The notes beneath the pieces were generated by a model. The model saw only the letters and a list, made by a program, of their open reading frames with translations. It made no database searches and was not told the origin of the DNA. Of a stretch of DNA of 64,000 nt, positions 1 through 9,771 are shown piece by piece. Every line of letters begins with the position of its first letter. Position 1 is the stretch's first letter. The stretch covers positions 18,537 through 82,536 of the forward strand of contig CAVQKV010000007.1 in assembly GCA_963713185.1 (NCBI GenBank), read 5' to 3'. A program made the translations under genes and the position numbers. The stretch is from an uncultured Actinomycetes bacterium. Its GTDB lineage: Bacteria; Actinomycetota; UBA4738; HRBIN12.

Positions 1-2
1 TG

Positions 3-650
3 TTCAAGCGGATCGTCGACATCCCGGGGTTCGGCTCGGACAACTACATCGACTTCCTGACCCCGGGGATCGTCCTGATGACAGCCTTGTTCTCGGGCGG
101 CTGGGCGGGGATGGCACTGATCGAGGACATCGATCGCGGCGTGACCGACCGGTTCCTCGTGACCCCCGTGAGTCGCGGCGCCCTGATCGCCGGACGGCTG
201 CTCCAGCTCGGGATCGTCGCCGTGATCCAGTCGGCGATCCTGCTGACGATCGGGATCCTGCTCGGAGCCAGCTACTCGGCCAACCCGGGCGGGCTGTTCG
301 TCCTGGTGTTCTGCTCGGTGTTGCTCGGAGCGGCGTTCGGCGCGCTGTCGACGGCGATGGCGGTCGTCGTCCGCAGGGAGGAGACCGTGATCGCCGCCGT
401 GAACTTCATCATCCTACCGCTGACGTTCCTGTCCGGCGTCTTCATCACGCTCACCCTGGCGCCGGGGTGGATCCAGGCCGCCGCTCGATTCAACCCGGTC
501 AACTGGGCCGTCCAGGCCGGACGCGGGGCGCTCGCGACGAACCCCGACTGGTCGATGGTCTCGGCTCGCGTCGGCCTGCTGATCCTGTTCGCGTTGGTGT
601 GCACCTGGCTCGCCATCCGGGCGTTCCGCGCCTACCAGCGCTCGGTCTGA
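3..650 (+). CDS. ABC-2 type transporter permease, C-terminal part (5' end outside window)
   Basis: The frame is open from the window edge (same frame as ORF 78..650). It has several hydrophobic helices and the IEDIDRGVTDRFLVTPVSR loop typical of ABC-2 (DrrB/NodJ-like) permeases. Confidence 0.75.
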   Translation, partial: FKRIVDIPGFGSDNYIDFLTPGIVLMTALFSGGWAGMALIEDIDRGVTDRFLVTPVSRGALIAGRLLQLGIVAVIQSAILLTIGILLGASYSANPGGLFVLVFCSVLLGAAFGALSTAMAVVVRREETVIAAVNFIILPLTFLSGVFITLTLAPGWIQAAARFNPVNWAVQAGRGALATNPDWSMVSARVGLLILFALVCTWLAIRAFRAYQRSV

Positions 651-764
651 GTGGAGTTGGGATGCGCATCGTGGTGCTGGGCACCTCGGGTCCGGCAGTG
701 GTCGCGTCACGGCGTGCCAGACGGGCAAGAGCCTCGCCCGCGTCCGAACCCGTATCTTCCAGCG

Positions 765-1553
765 GTGCGTCGATCGATCCTCGTCCTGCTGACGTCGCTC
801 TCGACCCTTGCCGCCGCCTGCGGGTACCAACCCGAGATCCAACAGCCGGGCGCGGCCACCGGCGCGTCCACGCCGGCGCCGGCCGCCGCTGCCACGGGAC
901 CGATCTCGGCGGCGCCGACCTTCACGCCGGAGGGATGCCCGGTCGACGACCCGTCCTTCTGCGAGCAGGCGGCGTTCCTCGCCAACGCGCTCGTCCTGTC
1001 GGACGCGGATGCGGTGTTCGACCTCAGTCGTCGCGTCTCGCTGGACTGCACCCAGATCGCCCGGAACAAGTACCCCCAGTGCGAGGACGAGGAGCGGCTG
1101 GACGGGTACGTCGTCGGCACCCATCAGGGTGAGTTCTTCGTCGACCCTCCCGCCGACTACCGCGACATCCTCGCGTTCCTCGTCGAGGCAATCGACGAGG
1201 AATACTCGGACGAGTTCGGCGGACCGCAGATGCAGATCCTGGGCATCTCGACGTGCGGCAAGGGCGCCGACACCTCGTACCACGTCGTGTACCTGGTAGC
1301 GCTCAGCGATCCGGAGAGCACCCTGCCGGGCGACCGGTTCCTCGGGACGTACGAGCTCACCCGGCACGGGGGCGAGTGGGCGATCGGCACGGCGTACGTG
1401 GGTCTGTACACCGACTGGCAGCTGGTCCTGGACGATCCCCTGACCCAGATCGCGTGCGGCGACATCCAGCCGTGGGTCGGAGCCGCGCCGAACCTCAACC
1501 CCCCGCAGTCCGAGAGCCAGCCGACCCCGATCCCGGGCACCGGGACCACCTAG
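765..1553 (+). CDS. hypothetical lipoprotein
   Basis: An in-frame GTG at 765 within ORF 651..1553 gives a signal peptide RRSILVLLTSLSTLAAAC with an L-A-A-C lipobox. The ORF upstream of this point is Arg/Trp-rich and not protein-like. Confidence 0.6.
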   Translation: MRRSILVLLTSLSTLAAACGYQPEIQQPGAATGASTPAPAAAATGPISAAPTFTPEGCPVDDPSFCEQAAFLANALVLSDADAVFDLSRRVSLDCTQIARNKYPQCEDEERLDGYVVGTHQGEFFVDPPADYRDILAFLVEAIDEEYSDEFGGPQMQILGISTCGKGADTSYHVVYLVALSDPESTLPGDRFLGTYELTRHGGEWAIGTAYVGLYTDWQLVLDDPLTQIACGDIQPWVGAAPNLNPPQSESQPTPIPGTGTT

Positions 1554-1641
1554 GGATATCGCCTCGAGTCACCGGCTCGAGCGAGACGTGCCATGCTTGA
1601 GGGCCGCGCCCATGCCGGCGCCCGTTCAAAGGAGGTTGCGG

Positions 1642-1962
1642 ATGGCCGACTACGTGCTCCTGTACAGCGGCGGCTCGATGCCGGAGACCAAGGAAGAGCA
1701 GGACGCGGTGATGGCGGCCTGGGACTCCTGGTTCCACGAGCTGGGCGGCGCCCTGAAGGACGGCGGCAACCCGTTCACGCCCACGGCGAAGAGCATCGCA
1801 CCCGACGGCTCGGTGAGCGACGGCTCGCGCGGCGGCATGGCGAGCGGCTACTCGATCCTCACGGCGGACTCGCTCGACGACGCGACCGAGAAGGCCAAGG
1901 GCTGCCCCGTGCTGAAGGGCGGCGCCTCCATCACGGTGTTCGAGACGTTCGCGGTGATGTAG
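1642..1962 (+). CDS. YCII-related domain protein
   Basis: ATG 1642 follows an AAGGAGG box. The 106-aa product MADYVLLYSGGSMPE... aligns end to end with the paralog at 8882..9199. Confidence 0.75.
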   Translation: MADYVLLYSGGSMPETKEEQDAVMAAWDSWFHELGGALKDGGNPFTPTAKSIAPDGSVSDGSRGGMASGYSILTADSLDDATEKAKGCPVLKGGASITVFETFAVM

Positions 1963-2587
1963 CGGGTCGGCCCGTCAGGTCCGCATCCGGGTCCTTCCGA
2001 ACACGGAGCTCTCGATCACCCAGAACAGCGCGAAAGCACCGTAGAGGATCACGCTCGCCGTGGGATCGACGAGCGCTACCAGGGCCATCGCGAGGTATCC
2101 AGGGAGCGGGCAGGTAGCTTCTGGTGATCCCTTTGACCGCCTTCGGATCGTGATCGGGACGGGGCAACCGACCGCCGACCGAGGCGTAGAACCAGACCGC
2201 GTTGAACATCAGGGCGGTCGCGGTGAGCGTGATCCCGTACGCGAGGGCCGCCGCGGTCGCTCCCTCGTGCTGGATGTGCTCGGCCACGAGCCGCTTCGGG
2301 AACGGGATGAAGGCGACGACCAGCAGGAAACCGACGTTCAGGAACAGGAAGACGCGATCAGCGCGTTCGACCTGCTCCATGATCGCGTGGTGGTTCACCC
2401 AGATGATCCCGATCGTGAGGAAGCTCACGGCGTAGGCGGCGTACGAGGGCCAGATCTCGAGGAGGCGGTTCCCCAGATCGGGCGCATGATCAGCTACTTG
2501 CGCATCCACGTTCACGATCAGGAGGGTCGCCGCGATCGCAAGCACGCCGTCGGCGAACGTCTCGAGCCGGTCCGTCCGCATCGCCAC
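1931..2587 (-). CDS. TMEM175/DUF1211-family potassium channel-like membrane protein, 3' end frameshifted
   Basis: The N-terminus RLETFADGVLAIAATLLIV and WVNHH are family hallmarks. After ~2110 the frame turns Arg/Pro-rich, while the -1 frame reads PGYLAMALVALVDPTASVILYGAFALFWVIESS and stops at 1975-1977. The likely true gene is 1975..2587. Confidence 0.7.
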   Translation of the reverse strand: MAMRTDRLETFADGVLAIAATLLIVNVDAQVADHAPDLGNRLLEIWPSYAAYAVSFLTIGIIWVNHHAIMEQVERADRVFLFLNVGFLLVVAFIPFPKRLVAEHIQHEGATAAALAYGITLTATALMFNAVWFYASVGGRLPRPDHDPKAVKGITRSYLPAPWIPRDGPGSARRSHGERDPLRCFRAVLGDRELRVRKDPDADLTGRPATSPRTSRTP

Positions 2588-2626
2588 AGGCTATCCTCGC
2601 GGGCGTGCCCTCGGCCGTGACCGCTC

Positions 2627-3037
2627 GTGGCTGATGCGCCCTCGCCACCGTTCGATCGGCTCGACTTCGTATACACCCCCTCCGACGACGTCGCGCGGGA
2701 TCTCGCGTACTTCACGCGGGTCCTGGGAGGCCGTGCGGTGTTCGCGATCGATGCGATGGGAACGCGCGTCGCCGCGGTGGAGCTCACCGACGGCCCGCCG
2801 CTCGTGCTGCTCACCGACCACGTCGAAGGTGAACGCGCGATCCTCCTGTATCGCGTCCCCAAGCTCGAGGCGGCGCTCACCGGGCTCGAGGCGCGTGGAT
2901 GGGAGCGCGCGCACACGTTCGAGATCCCGCACGGTCCCTGCTGCTCGTTCGTGACGCCCGGCGGCCACCGGATCGCGCTGTACGAGCTCACCCGGCCCGA
3001 GGTGGCCGAGCATTTCGCGGGTCGTTTCGACTTCTGA
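2627..3037 (+). CDS. VOC (glyoxalase/bleomycin resistance/dioxygenase) family protein
   Basis: GTG start and a 136-aa product with the size and beta-alpha-beta-beta-beta style pattern of small VOC proteins. Codon usage looks coding. Confidence 0.6.
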   Translation: MADAPSPPFDRLDFVYTPSDDVARDLAYFTRVLGGRAVFAIDAMGTRVAAVELTDGPPLVLLTDHVEGERAILLYRVPKLEAALTGLEARGWERAHTFEIPHGPCCSFVTPGGHRIALYELTRPEVAEHFAGRFDF

Positions 3038-3364
3038 GGGACCAGCCGGCCGGACGCGTGCCTGGGTCCGTCGGTCGCGTGAAGCCTCATGGGTCGGGTC
3101 CCAGGCATCGTCCAGCGGCCGCCCAGGAGGACCCGGCACCCTCTCGCTCGGTGGAGCTGCCGTCGACCGGGGCGCGATCGTCCTATGGCGGTGGCGGCGT
3201 CGTCAACGAGACGACCGATGACGCGGGAAGGTCGAGCGCTGGCCACCTGCTGACGCGTCGCGATCGATCCGGCATCCGCGGAGGTCCCCCCATGACCGTC
3301 CTGGGGGGACCTCCGTGGAGCCGTTCGCGGGCCGATCGATCGCGCGGGAGACGGGACACGTCGT

Positions 3365-4231
3365 TCAGGACCCCGAGGTGAACGCCACGAGTCGGGAGAC
3401 CTCCTCGCCGCCGCGGATCAGCCGCTCGAGCACCACGCCGACCCCTGGCGCGTAGAACTTGTGCTCGAGCAGGTTCGGCTCGAGCAGCGTGGCGTCCTCG
3501 GTGACGAGGACCTGATCGAACGACCCGAGGGGGACGTCGACCGTGGCATCGAGGTGGATCACCGTGCCGACGTCCTCCGCCTCCCCCGCGTAGTACTCCT
3601 GACGGTAGGTCTCGCCCACCTGAGGATCGCCCAGCATCGCGATCCCCGGCTGCGCCCCGTCGACCCCGGCCTCCCACGATCCGGCGGTGCCGGACACCGT
3701 GCCGTTTTCGTACTCGGCCGTGTCCTCGCCGAAGTACCAGACGTTCCCGGACCGATCCTGCGCGTACCAGTCGAACGTGTCCTCGGCGAGCTCGCCGCCC
3801 GCGAACACCTGGTCGTGCACGACGGTCGTCGTCACACCGAGGATCACCTTCGTGCGGTCGGTGACCAGGACGACGTTCCGCTCGCGCTGTCCGTCCGAGA
3901 CGCCCTCGTACACGCTCCTGGTCCCCGGGACGAGCGGCAGGTACGGGTTTTCGATCACCGCGACGAAATCCGCCGGAGGCGGAAGCTCCGGCCGGTACGG
4001 CTGCCCCTCCGTCACCGGGGCCGGGTTCACGTTGACGGGTTCGGACGACGTCGTCGTGGGCGTCGCGCTCTGGCTCTGGCTCTGGCTCGGGCTCTCGCTC
4101 TGGCTCGGGCTCTCGCTCTGGCTCGGGCTCTCGCTCTGGCTCGGACCCGAGCCGGAGCTCGCGCTCGTGCTCGCGCACGCGCTGACGAGGAGGGCCAGCA
4201 CGATCAGCGTCGTTCGGATGGCTCTGGTCAT
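3365..4231 (-). CDS. lipoprotein with Ser/Gln/Glu/Pro repeat linker
   Basis: The internal ATG at 4231 of ORF 3365..4588 gives MTRAIRTTLIVLALLVSAC (lipobox), then a (SQSESP)n low-complexity linker and a globular domain. The upstream part of the ORF is an Arg-rich shadow. Confidence 0.7.
   Translation of the reverse strand: MTRAIRTTLIVLALLVSACASTSASSGSGPSQSESPSQSESPSQSESPSQSQSQSATPTTTSSEPVNVNPAPVTEGQPYRPELPPPADFVAVIENPYLPLVPGTRSVYEGVSDGQRERNVVLVTDRTKVILGVTTTVVHDQVFAGGELAEDTFDWYAQDRSGNVWYFGEDTAEYENGTVSGTAGSWEAGVDGAQPGIAMLGDPQVGETYRQEYYAGEAEDVGTVIHLDATVDVPLGSFDQVLVTEDATLLEPNLLEHKFYAPGVGVVLERLIRGGEEVSRLVAFTSGS
4066..4145. repeat. in-frame tandem repeat (6-bp ctggct units, then three 18-bp units) encoding SQSESP repeats
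   Basis: The unit ctggctcgggctctcgct repeats three times at 4082-4135, flanked by partial units. It lies inside CDS 3365..4231. Confidence 0.85.
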
Positions 4232-4317
4232 CACACTCGTCCCCTTCGGCCGGGTATCCGTACCACCTTGTCGCGTCACCGATGAGAGGAACGTGAGTAG
4301 CGGATGATGCCGGCCGG

Positions 4318-5652
4318 TTATGCGGGCACCGACAGCACCACCACGGCGCCGCCGCCGGCGAGGTTGGCGGCCTCGACGGTGCCCCCGTGCGCCTGTGCGA
4401 CGGTCGCGACGATCGCGAGCCCGAGGCCGGCGCCGCCCTCGTCCCGCGAACGCGAGGGGCCCGGCCGCGCGAACGCCTCGAACGCGACCGGCAGGAACCC
4501 GGGCGGGAACCCGGGACCCGTATCGCGAACTTCGAACACGACTGACCCGTCGCTGCGCTCGGCGGCGACGCTCACGCGTCCTCCCCACGGCACGTACCGC
4601 AGCCCGTTGTCCAAGAGGTTGCCGAGCGCCTGCCGCATCCGGAGCTCGTCCAGCTCGGCGCGCAGCTCGTCCTGGACACGGACGTCGATGCCGACGCCGC
4701 GTTCGGAGGCCCGGGCGGCGAACGAGTCGACGGTCCCACCCACCATCAGCGCGACGTCGACCTGCTCACGGCGGATCGGCAGCCGGCCCCGGTCGGCTCG
4801 AGCGAGGACCAGCAGGTCGTCGGCCAGGCGCGCGAGCCGATCCGTCTCCGCCGACGCGCTGCGGAGCGCCCGCTCCAGGTCGTCGGCCGTTCGCGAACGC
4901 CGCAGGGCCAGGTCGAGCTCGGCCTTCAGGTTCGCCAGCGGCGTCCGGAGCTCGTGGCTCGCGTCGTCCACGAACCGGCGCTCGCGCTCGATCGCGTCCT
5001 CGAGCCGCTGGAGCATCGCGTTGAGCGTCTCGGCCAGCAGGGCGAGCTCGTCGCGCGTATCGGGGACCGGCAGCCGGCGTGCGGCGTCGCTCGCCGAGAT
5101 CGCGGCGGCCTCCCGACGCATCGACTCGACCGGGCGGAGCGTCCAGCCCACCAGGAGCCACGTGACGCCGGTGACCAGGATGAGCGCGAGCGGTCCCCCC
5201 ACCGCGAGCGACGTGGCGAGCCGGCCGAGGGTCTGCCGCTGGTCGTCGAGCGACGCGCCGACGACGAGGACGCCCCCCTCCGGGAGCGGGACCGCGAGCA
5301 TCCGGGCGGGGACGACCTCGCCCCCGATCGCGACCGCGCCACGTTCGGAGACGGTGGGGGCGACCACGTCGTCCCGAACGAGCGCAGGCGCCCCGGCGAT
5401 GCCGCTCGAGGAGGCCACGAGCGCGCCGTCCGGTCCGATCAGCTGCGCGAACGCGTCATCGGGCTGATCGTGGGGGAGCGTACCGGACCGCTCGACGACC
5501 GCAAGCTCGGCGTCCGCCCTCGAACGCAGGGTCTCGTCGATCGCCTGCCGAAGCTCGGCCTGGAGACGCAGGTAGACGAACGCGCCGGTCGCCGCGAGCA
5601 CGACCGCCATGAGGGCCGCCGCGACCAACGTCACCCTCGTCCGCAGCGGCAT
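4318..5652 (-). CDS. sensor histidine kinase (HAMP-HisKA-HATPase)
   Basis: Starts at MPLRTRVTLVAAALMAVVLAA (TM segment), has a second TM segment plus HAMP, the H-box FVDDASHELRTPL, and a C-terminal GLGLAIV G-box. Its ATG overlaps the stop of the upstream regulator (ATGA at 5650-5654). Confidence 0.9.
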   Translation of the reverse strand: MPLRTRVTLVAAALMAVVLAATGAFVYLRLQAELRQAIDETLRSRADAELAVVERSGTLPHDQPDDAFAQLIGPDGALVASSSGIAGAPALVRDDVVAPTVSERGAVAIGGEVVPARMLAVPLPEGGVLVVGASLDDQRQTLGRLATSLAVGGPLALILVTGVTWLLVGWTLRPVESMRREAAAISASDAARRLPVPDTRDELALLAETLNAMLQRLEDAIERERRFVDDASHELRTPLANLKAELDLALRRSRTADDLERALRSASAETDRLARLADDLLVLARADRGRLPIRREQVDVALMVGGTVDSFAARASERGVGIDVRVQDELRAELDELRMRQALGNLLDNGLRYVPWGGRVSVAAERSDGSVVFEVRDTGPGFPPGFLPVAFEAFARPGPSRSRDEGGAGLGLAIVATVAQAHGGTVEAANLAGGGAVVVLSVPA

Positions 5653-6329
5653 CAGCCGGTTTCCCGCCGGAGCCGGTACCCGGCGCCGCGCACCGTCTCG
5701 ATCTGATCGCGCCCGAAGGGCCGGTCGACCTTGTTGCGCAGATAGCGGATGTAGACGTCGACGACGTTGGAGTCGCCGTCGTACGCGAAGTCCCACACGT
5801 GCTCGGTCAGCTGAGTCCGCGACAGGACCTCGCCGGGGTGGCGCATCAGGTACTCGAGGAGCGAGAACTCGCGCGCCGTCAGGGCGATCACGTGGCCGTC
5901 CCGGACCACGCGCCTCTCGGCGGGGTCGAGCTCGAGCCCTCCGACGCACACGACCGGTGGGCGCTCGACCGCGCCTCGTCGCATCAACGCGCGGAGCCGG
6001 GCGAGCACCTCGGCGATCGAGAACGGCTTGGTCAGGTAGTCGTCGGCACCGGCGTCCAGGCCGGCGACCCGATCGGCGACCGCGTCGCGCGCAGTGAGCA
6101 TGAGCACGGGGCTCCACCGCCCCGCCTCCCGCAGCCGTCGGCTCACCTCCAGGCCGTCGAGATCGGGCAACATCAGGTCCAGCACGATCGCGTCGTACGG
6201 GTTCTCGGTCGCGAGCCAAAGGGCATCTTGTCCGCTGCCCACGACGTCGACGGCGTACCCCTCTTCCTCGAGCGCGCGCTTGAGCAGGCCGGCCATCTTG
6301 ACCTCGTCCTCCACGACGAGCACCCGCAT
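5652..6329 (-). CDS. OmpR/PhoB-family response regulator
   Basis: MRVLVVEDE...LDLMLPDLDG...TKPF receiver domain plus a winged-helix output ending VRGAGYRL. The start is taken at Met77 of ORF 5652..6557. Confidence 0.9.
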   Translation of the reverse strand: MRVLVVEDEVKMAGLLKRALEEEGYAVDVVGSGQDALWLATENPYDAIVLDLMLPDLDGLEVSRRLREAGRWSPVLMLTARDAVADRVAGLDAGADDYLTKPFSIAEVLARLRALMRRGAVERPPVVCVGGLELDPAERRVVRDGHVIALTAREFSLLEYLMRHPGEVLSRTQLTEHVWDFAYDGDSNVVDVYIRYLRNKVDRPFGRDQIETVRGAGYRLRRETG

Positions 6330-6420
6330 CCGCACAGCGTAGGCCCGAGCCATGAGAGCCGGATGAGAAGTCCCGACCGCTCCTACCGGCGGAGTCGGAA
6401 GATCTCCGTCCGCACGTGGT

Positions 6421-7221
6421 TCACGCGTCGAGCACCGAACGGACGAACGCGACCACCGCCGGCTCCCCCGGATCGATAAAGTGACCACCGCCCACGGTCT
6501 CGATCCTGGCCCCCGGGATCGCGGCCGCCATCCGCGCCGCGATCCGCGCGAACGCATCCGGCGAGTCCGTCCCCTGAACGATCAACGTCGGCTTCGAGAT
6601 GCGCGCGAGGTCGGTCTCGGTCGCCTCGAGCCATGGACCCCGGAACTCGGCCAGGATCGCCGGCCCGTTCTCCGTGAACATCTGCCTGGTGCGTTGCGGG
6701 AACCCTTCCCAGGCTCCCTCGCCGAGCACCTCGCGGAGGAACGTCTCGGCCACCGAGGCGGGGTCGCGGGCCGCCGCCTCCTCCAGCGCGCGGCGGAGCG
6801 CATCCGCCCAGGCCATCGCATCCTCGTCGAGGGTGACGCTCGCGGCCTCGAGCAGCACCATCGCACGGACGAGCTCGGGATCGCGCAGGGCGAGCTCGAT
6901 GGCGACCTCCCCTCCGTAGCTGCGCCCGATGACGATGGCCGGCGCGGCGTCGAGGGCTCGGATGAGCGCAGCGGCATCCTTCGCGTGTTGCACCACGCTG
7001 GTCGCGTACGGCTCCGGTCGTTCGCTCCGCGTGCAGCCACGGCGGTCGTACACGATCACCCGTCCGAGTGTCGCGAGCTCCGTGGTGGCGGCCCTGCGCC
7101 AGACCATCGCCGACGAGGACGTCCCGTGGATACACAGGATCGGGTCGCCCCGTCCGTGCTCCTCGTAGTACAGGCGGACACCGTTGACGTGGACGTCGGG
7201 CACCTTCGAACGCTTCACCAC
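6421..7221 (-). CDS. alpha/beta hydrolase
   Basis: HG oxyanion motif (ILCIHGTSSS), nucleophile elbow GRSYGG, and a C-terminal His (GGGHF). Confidence 0.85.
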   Translation of the reverse strand: MVKRSKVPDVHVNGVRLYYEEHGRGDPILCIHGTSSSAMVWRRAATTELATLGRVIVYDRRGCTRSERPEPYATSVVQHAKDAAALIRALDAAPAIVIGRSYGGEVAIELALRDPELVRAMVLLEAASVTLDEDAMAWADALRRALEEAAARDPASVAETFLREVLGEGAWEGFPQRTRQMFTENGPAILAEFRGPWLEATETDLARISKPTLIVQGTDSPDAFARIAARMAAAIPGARIETVGGGHFIDPGEPAVVAFVRSVLDA

Positions 7222-7301
7222 GGCGCGCGGCGTGTCAACCGTCGCTCGACCCGCCGGCGCTGGCCCCGCATACTCGACCGGGAACGCCGCAGGAGAACGA
7301 G

Positions 7302-7763
7302 ATGGGCGTGGAAGAGAACCGATCGCTGGTGCTCCGGTTCTACGAACAGGTGTGGAACCAGGGGAACGTGAACGTCGCCGGGGAGATCTTCGCGGACGAC
7401 TACGTTCGACACGACCTGCGGCCGACGCAGGCGCTCCCGGGTTGGGCGGGACAGGCGAAGATCGCGGCCGACTTCCGAGCGGCGCTCCCGGACCTCCACA
7501 TGGTTGTGGATCTGATCGTCGCGGAGGGAGACCTCGTCGCGGCGAGGTGGACGACCGAAGGGACCAACACGGGTGCGTGGGGCGGCCGCCCTCCGACGGG
7601 CAGGCGTGCGACGTTCTCCGGCGTCAACGTCTTCCGGTTCGGTGACGGCAAGGTGGTCGAGCTCTGGAACCATCGGGACGACCTCGGCCTCGCGCAGCAG
7701 CTCGGCGCCGAGATCTTCGCGGGCGCCGCTCCCCCTGAGGAGGCTCCGCCTCGGGGAGGATGA
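7302..7763 (+). CDS. SnoaL-like ester cyclase family protein
   Basis: NRSLVLRFYEQVWNQGN...ELWNHRD is the typical predicted ester cyclase (SnoaL-like) signature. Confidence 0.8.
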   Translation: MGVEENRSLVLRFYEQVWNQGNVNVAGEIFADDYVRHDLRPTQALPGWAGQAKIAADFRAALPDLHMVVDLIVAEGDLVAARWTTEGTNTGAWGGRPPTGRRATFSGVNVFRFGDGKVVELWNHRDDLGLAQQLGAEIFAGAAPPEEAPPRGG

Positions 7764-7781
7764 TCGGCGGGCACGGCGGCT

Positions 7782-8195
7782 CTAGTGGTTCTCGGACCTG
7801 GCCCCCGCGAAGAAGCGGTTCCACTCGTCGAGCTTGTCCGGCAGGAACCAGCAGCGCCTCCACCGGCCCTGCTCGTCGATCTCCGCGAACTGCGCGACGA
7901 GCACGTGCATCCGCTCACCGTGACCCTGTGCGGCGATGTCGAGGAAGATCGTCACGTAGCGGTCCCCGGCGAGCACGTCGTCCACCTCGACCTGGATCGA
8001 TCCGCTCGACGCGGCGTCCAGCATCGCGAAGAAGCGCCGGATCCCGTTGCGACCCTTGAACGTGCCGCTCGCCGGGGTGTCACCCGGCGCGATCCATACG
8101 GCTTCCTCGGCGAACCCATCGAGCAGACGACCGAAGTCGCGCGCCATGAACGCGTCCACCGTCTCGCGCATCCGGGTCGCGTTCGCGTGCTCCAT
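7782..8195 (-). CDS. NTF2/SnoaL-like domain protein
   Basis: 137-aa ORF with good coding character and an NTF2-like pattern (DAFMARDFGRLLDGFAEEAVW). Confidence 0.7.
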   Translation of the reverse strand: MEHANATRMRETVDAFMARDFGRLLDGFAEEAVWIAPGDTPASGTFKGRNGIRRFFAMLDAASSGSIQVEVDDVLAGDRYVTIFLDIAAQGHGERMHVLVAQFAEIDEQGRWRRCWFLPDKLDEWNRFFAGARSENH

Positions 8196-8205
8196 CCCTG
8201 ACGCC

Positions 8206-8577
8206 CTACGACCAGAACGCGTCGACCGCGTCCCGATCGTCGGCGAGGGCCCAGTACTCCGTCCAGTGCCCGTCGGCGTCCAGGGTGAGCGCCTCGGCGA
8301 TCAGGACGTCCATCCATCGCACCTCGCGGTAGGCCGAGACCCGCATGAAGATCGAGGCGTGCCGGTCGTTCGCGAGGATCTCGGCGGGCTCGACCTGCAA
8401 CGTCCCTGCCGTCTCGTGGCGCACGCGGCGGAAGTAGTCGATCACCGCATCGACCCCGACGTAATCCCCGCTCATCTCGTGGTTGCCGCCCACGTGCCAC
8501 AGGATGTCGGGGGCCAGGAACTCGCGCATCGCGTCGTGGTCGCCCGAGTTGTAGACCTCGAGCGCACGACGGAACAT
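8206..8577 (-). CDS. NTF2/SnoaL-like domain protein
   Basis: The protein-like part of ORF 8206..8817 begins at MFRRALEVYNSGDHDAMREFLAPDILWHV. An alternative GTG start lies at 8601. Confidence 0.65.
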   Translation of the reverse strand: MFRRALEVYNSGDHDAMREFLAPDILWHVGGNHEMSGDYVGVDAVIDYFRRVRHETAGTLQVEPAEILANDRHASIFMRVSAYREVRWMDVLIAEALTLDADGHWTEYWALADDRDAVDAFWS

Positions 8578-8881
8578 CGAGACGTTCCGGTGTTCGGACA
8601 CCGTCCCCCCATGCCCGGTAGCCACGCACCGTACCCGCAGGTAACGCACGCTGCCCAGGGTCGCAGGGACTACAGGAAACGGCGCATGCTCGAGCCGACG
8701 GCACCGGATCGCCGCAGCGCGTGGACGCGATGGTGGCCGTGTGTTGGCAGCAAGACGCGTTCGAAGACCCCTTCCAAGTCTTGCCCTGGAGGAGTGAGAA
8801 GGGGCTGTCGAAACCACCCCTCCCCGTTCGTCGTAGGGATGACGGACGGACAGGCCGAGAGGCCGGAAGGAGGGGTTTCAG

Positions 8882-9199
8882 GTGGCGGACTTCGTGCTGC
8901 TCTACAGCGGCGGGAGCATGCCCGAGACCGACGCGGAGAAGGATCGCGTCATGAAGGCATGGGACGCCTGGTACGCGGAGCTCGGCGGATCGATCAAGGA
9001 TGGGGGGAACCCGTTCGCGCCGGCGGCCAAGACCATCGCGAACGATGGCGCCGTGAGCGACGCCTCCGGGCCGCTGTTCACCGGCTACACGATCGTGCAG
9101 GCCGACTCGCTGGACGCGGCGGCCGTGATCGGGAAGGGCTCGCCGGTCCTGCAGGGCGGCGGCAGCGTGACCGTCTACGAGGCGTTCGACGTCATGTAG
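8882..9199 (+). CDS. YCII-related domain protein (paralog of 1642..1962)
   Basis: GTG start follows GGAAGGAGGGG. The product MADFVLLYSGGSMPE... is collinear with the 1642 gene. Confidence 0.75.
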   Translation: MADFVLLYSGGSMPETDAEKDRVMKAWDAWYAELGGSIKDGGNPFAPAAKTIANDGAVSDASGPLFTGYTIVQADSLDAAAVIGKGSPVLQGGGSVTVYEAFDVM

Positions 9200-9207
9200 G
9201 TCGGTCC

Positions 9208-9244
9208 GAGGTGGTCGCGGGAGCACCTCTCCCGCGACCACCTC
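9208..9244. terminator. 16-bp perfect inverted repeat between convergent genes (bidirectional terminator-like hairpin)
   Basis: gaggtggtcgcgggag (9208-9223), loop cacct, ctcccgcgaccacctc (9229-9244). There is no U-tract, which is common in high-GC genomes. Confidence 0.5.
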
Positions 9245-9254
9245 GCCGCATCGG

Positions 9255-9737
9255 TCAGTGCACCCACGGCACGAACCGCCACCGAATGCGGCGACGGTAG
9301 GCCTCGTACTCGGGGTAGCGTTCGGCGAGCATCGACTCCTCATGTCGCGACTTGAGCTCGAGTACGAGGACGAGCAGAGCGCTCGGGACGAGCGCGAGCG
9401 GCGACGTGGCGAAGGACCACCCCAGCGCGATGAGCAGCACGCCCCCGTACATCGGGTGACGGGCCCGCCGGTAGACGCCGCCGACCCGCAGCGCCGCGCC
9501 CTCGGACGGCCTGGGGAACGGCGTGAGCGCGCTACCGAGCCCGACGATCCCGGCCACGAACAGCACCAGCCCCGCAACCGCGATCGCGACGCCGGCGACG
9601 AGGAACGTGGTCCGAGCCGGGTCGCCCCAGGCAGGGCCGGCGATCCCCACCACGGCGATCACCACACCGAGCGCGAACTGCGCGACGACCCATCCCTCGC
9701 CTCGGGGGCCGAGCGCCGGGATCTTGGGTTCATCCAC
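9255..9737 (-). CDS. isoprenylcysteine carboxyl methyltransferase (ICMT/PEMT-like) family membrane protein
   Basis: Multi-TM protein with the C-terminal motif GVYRRARHPMYGG...E...L...YPEYEAY. Confidence 0.8.
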   Translation of the reverse strand: MDEPKIPALGPRGEGWVVAQFALGVVIAVVGIAGPAWGDPARTTFLVAGVAIAVAGLVLFVAGIVGLGSALTPFPRPSEGAALRVGGVYRRARHPMYGGVLLIALGWSFATSPLALVPSALLVLVLELKSRHEESMLAERYPEYEAYRRRIRWRFVPWVH

Positions 9738-9771
9738 CGCCGAACGGTACCTGCGGCGGTGGGGCTGCGGA

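Noticed and set aside
4066-4145. Short tandem repeats here and at 19131..19195 as possible CRISPR or minisatellite elements
   Set aside because: The units are 18 and 21 bp, directly abutting with no spacers, and in-frame inside coding sequences. They encode low-complexity or heptad peptide repeats.
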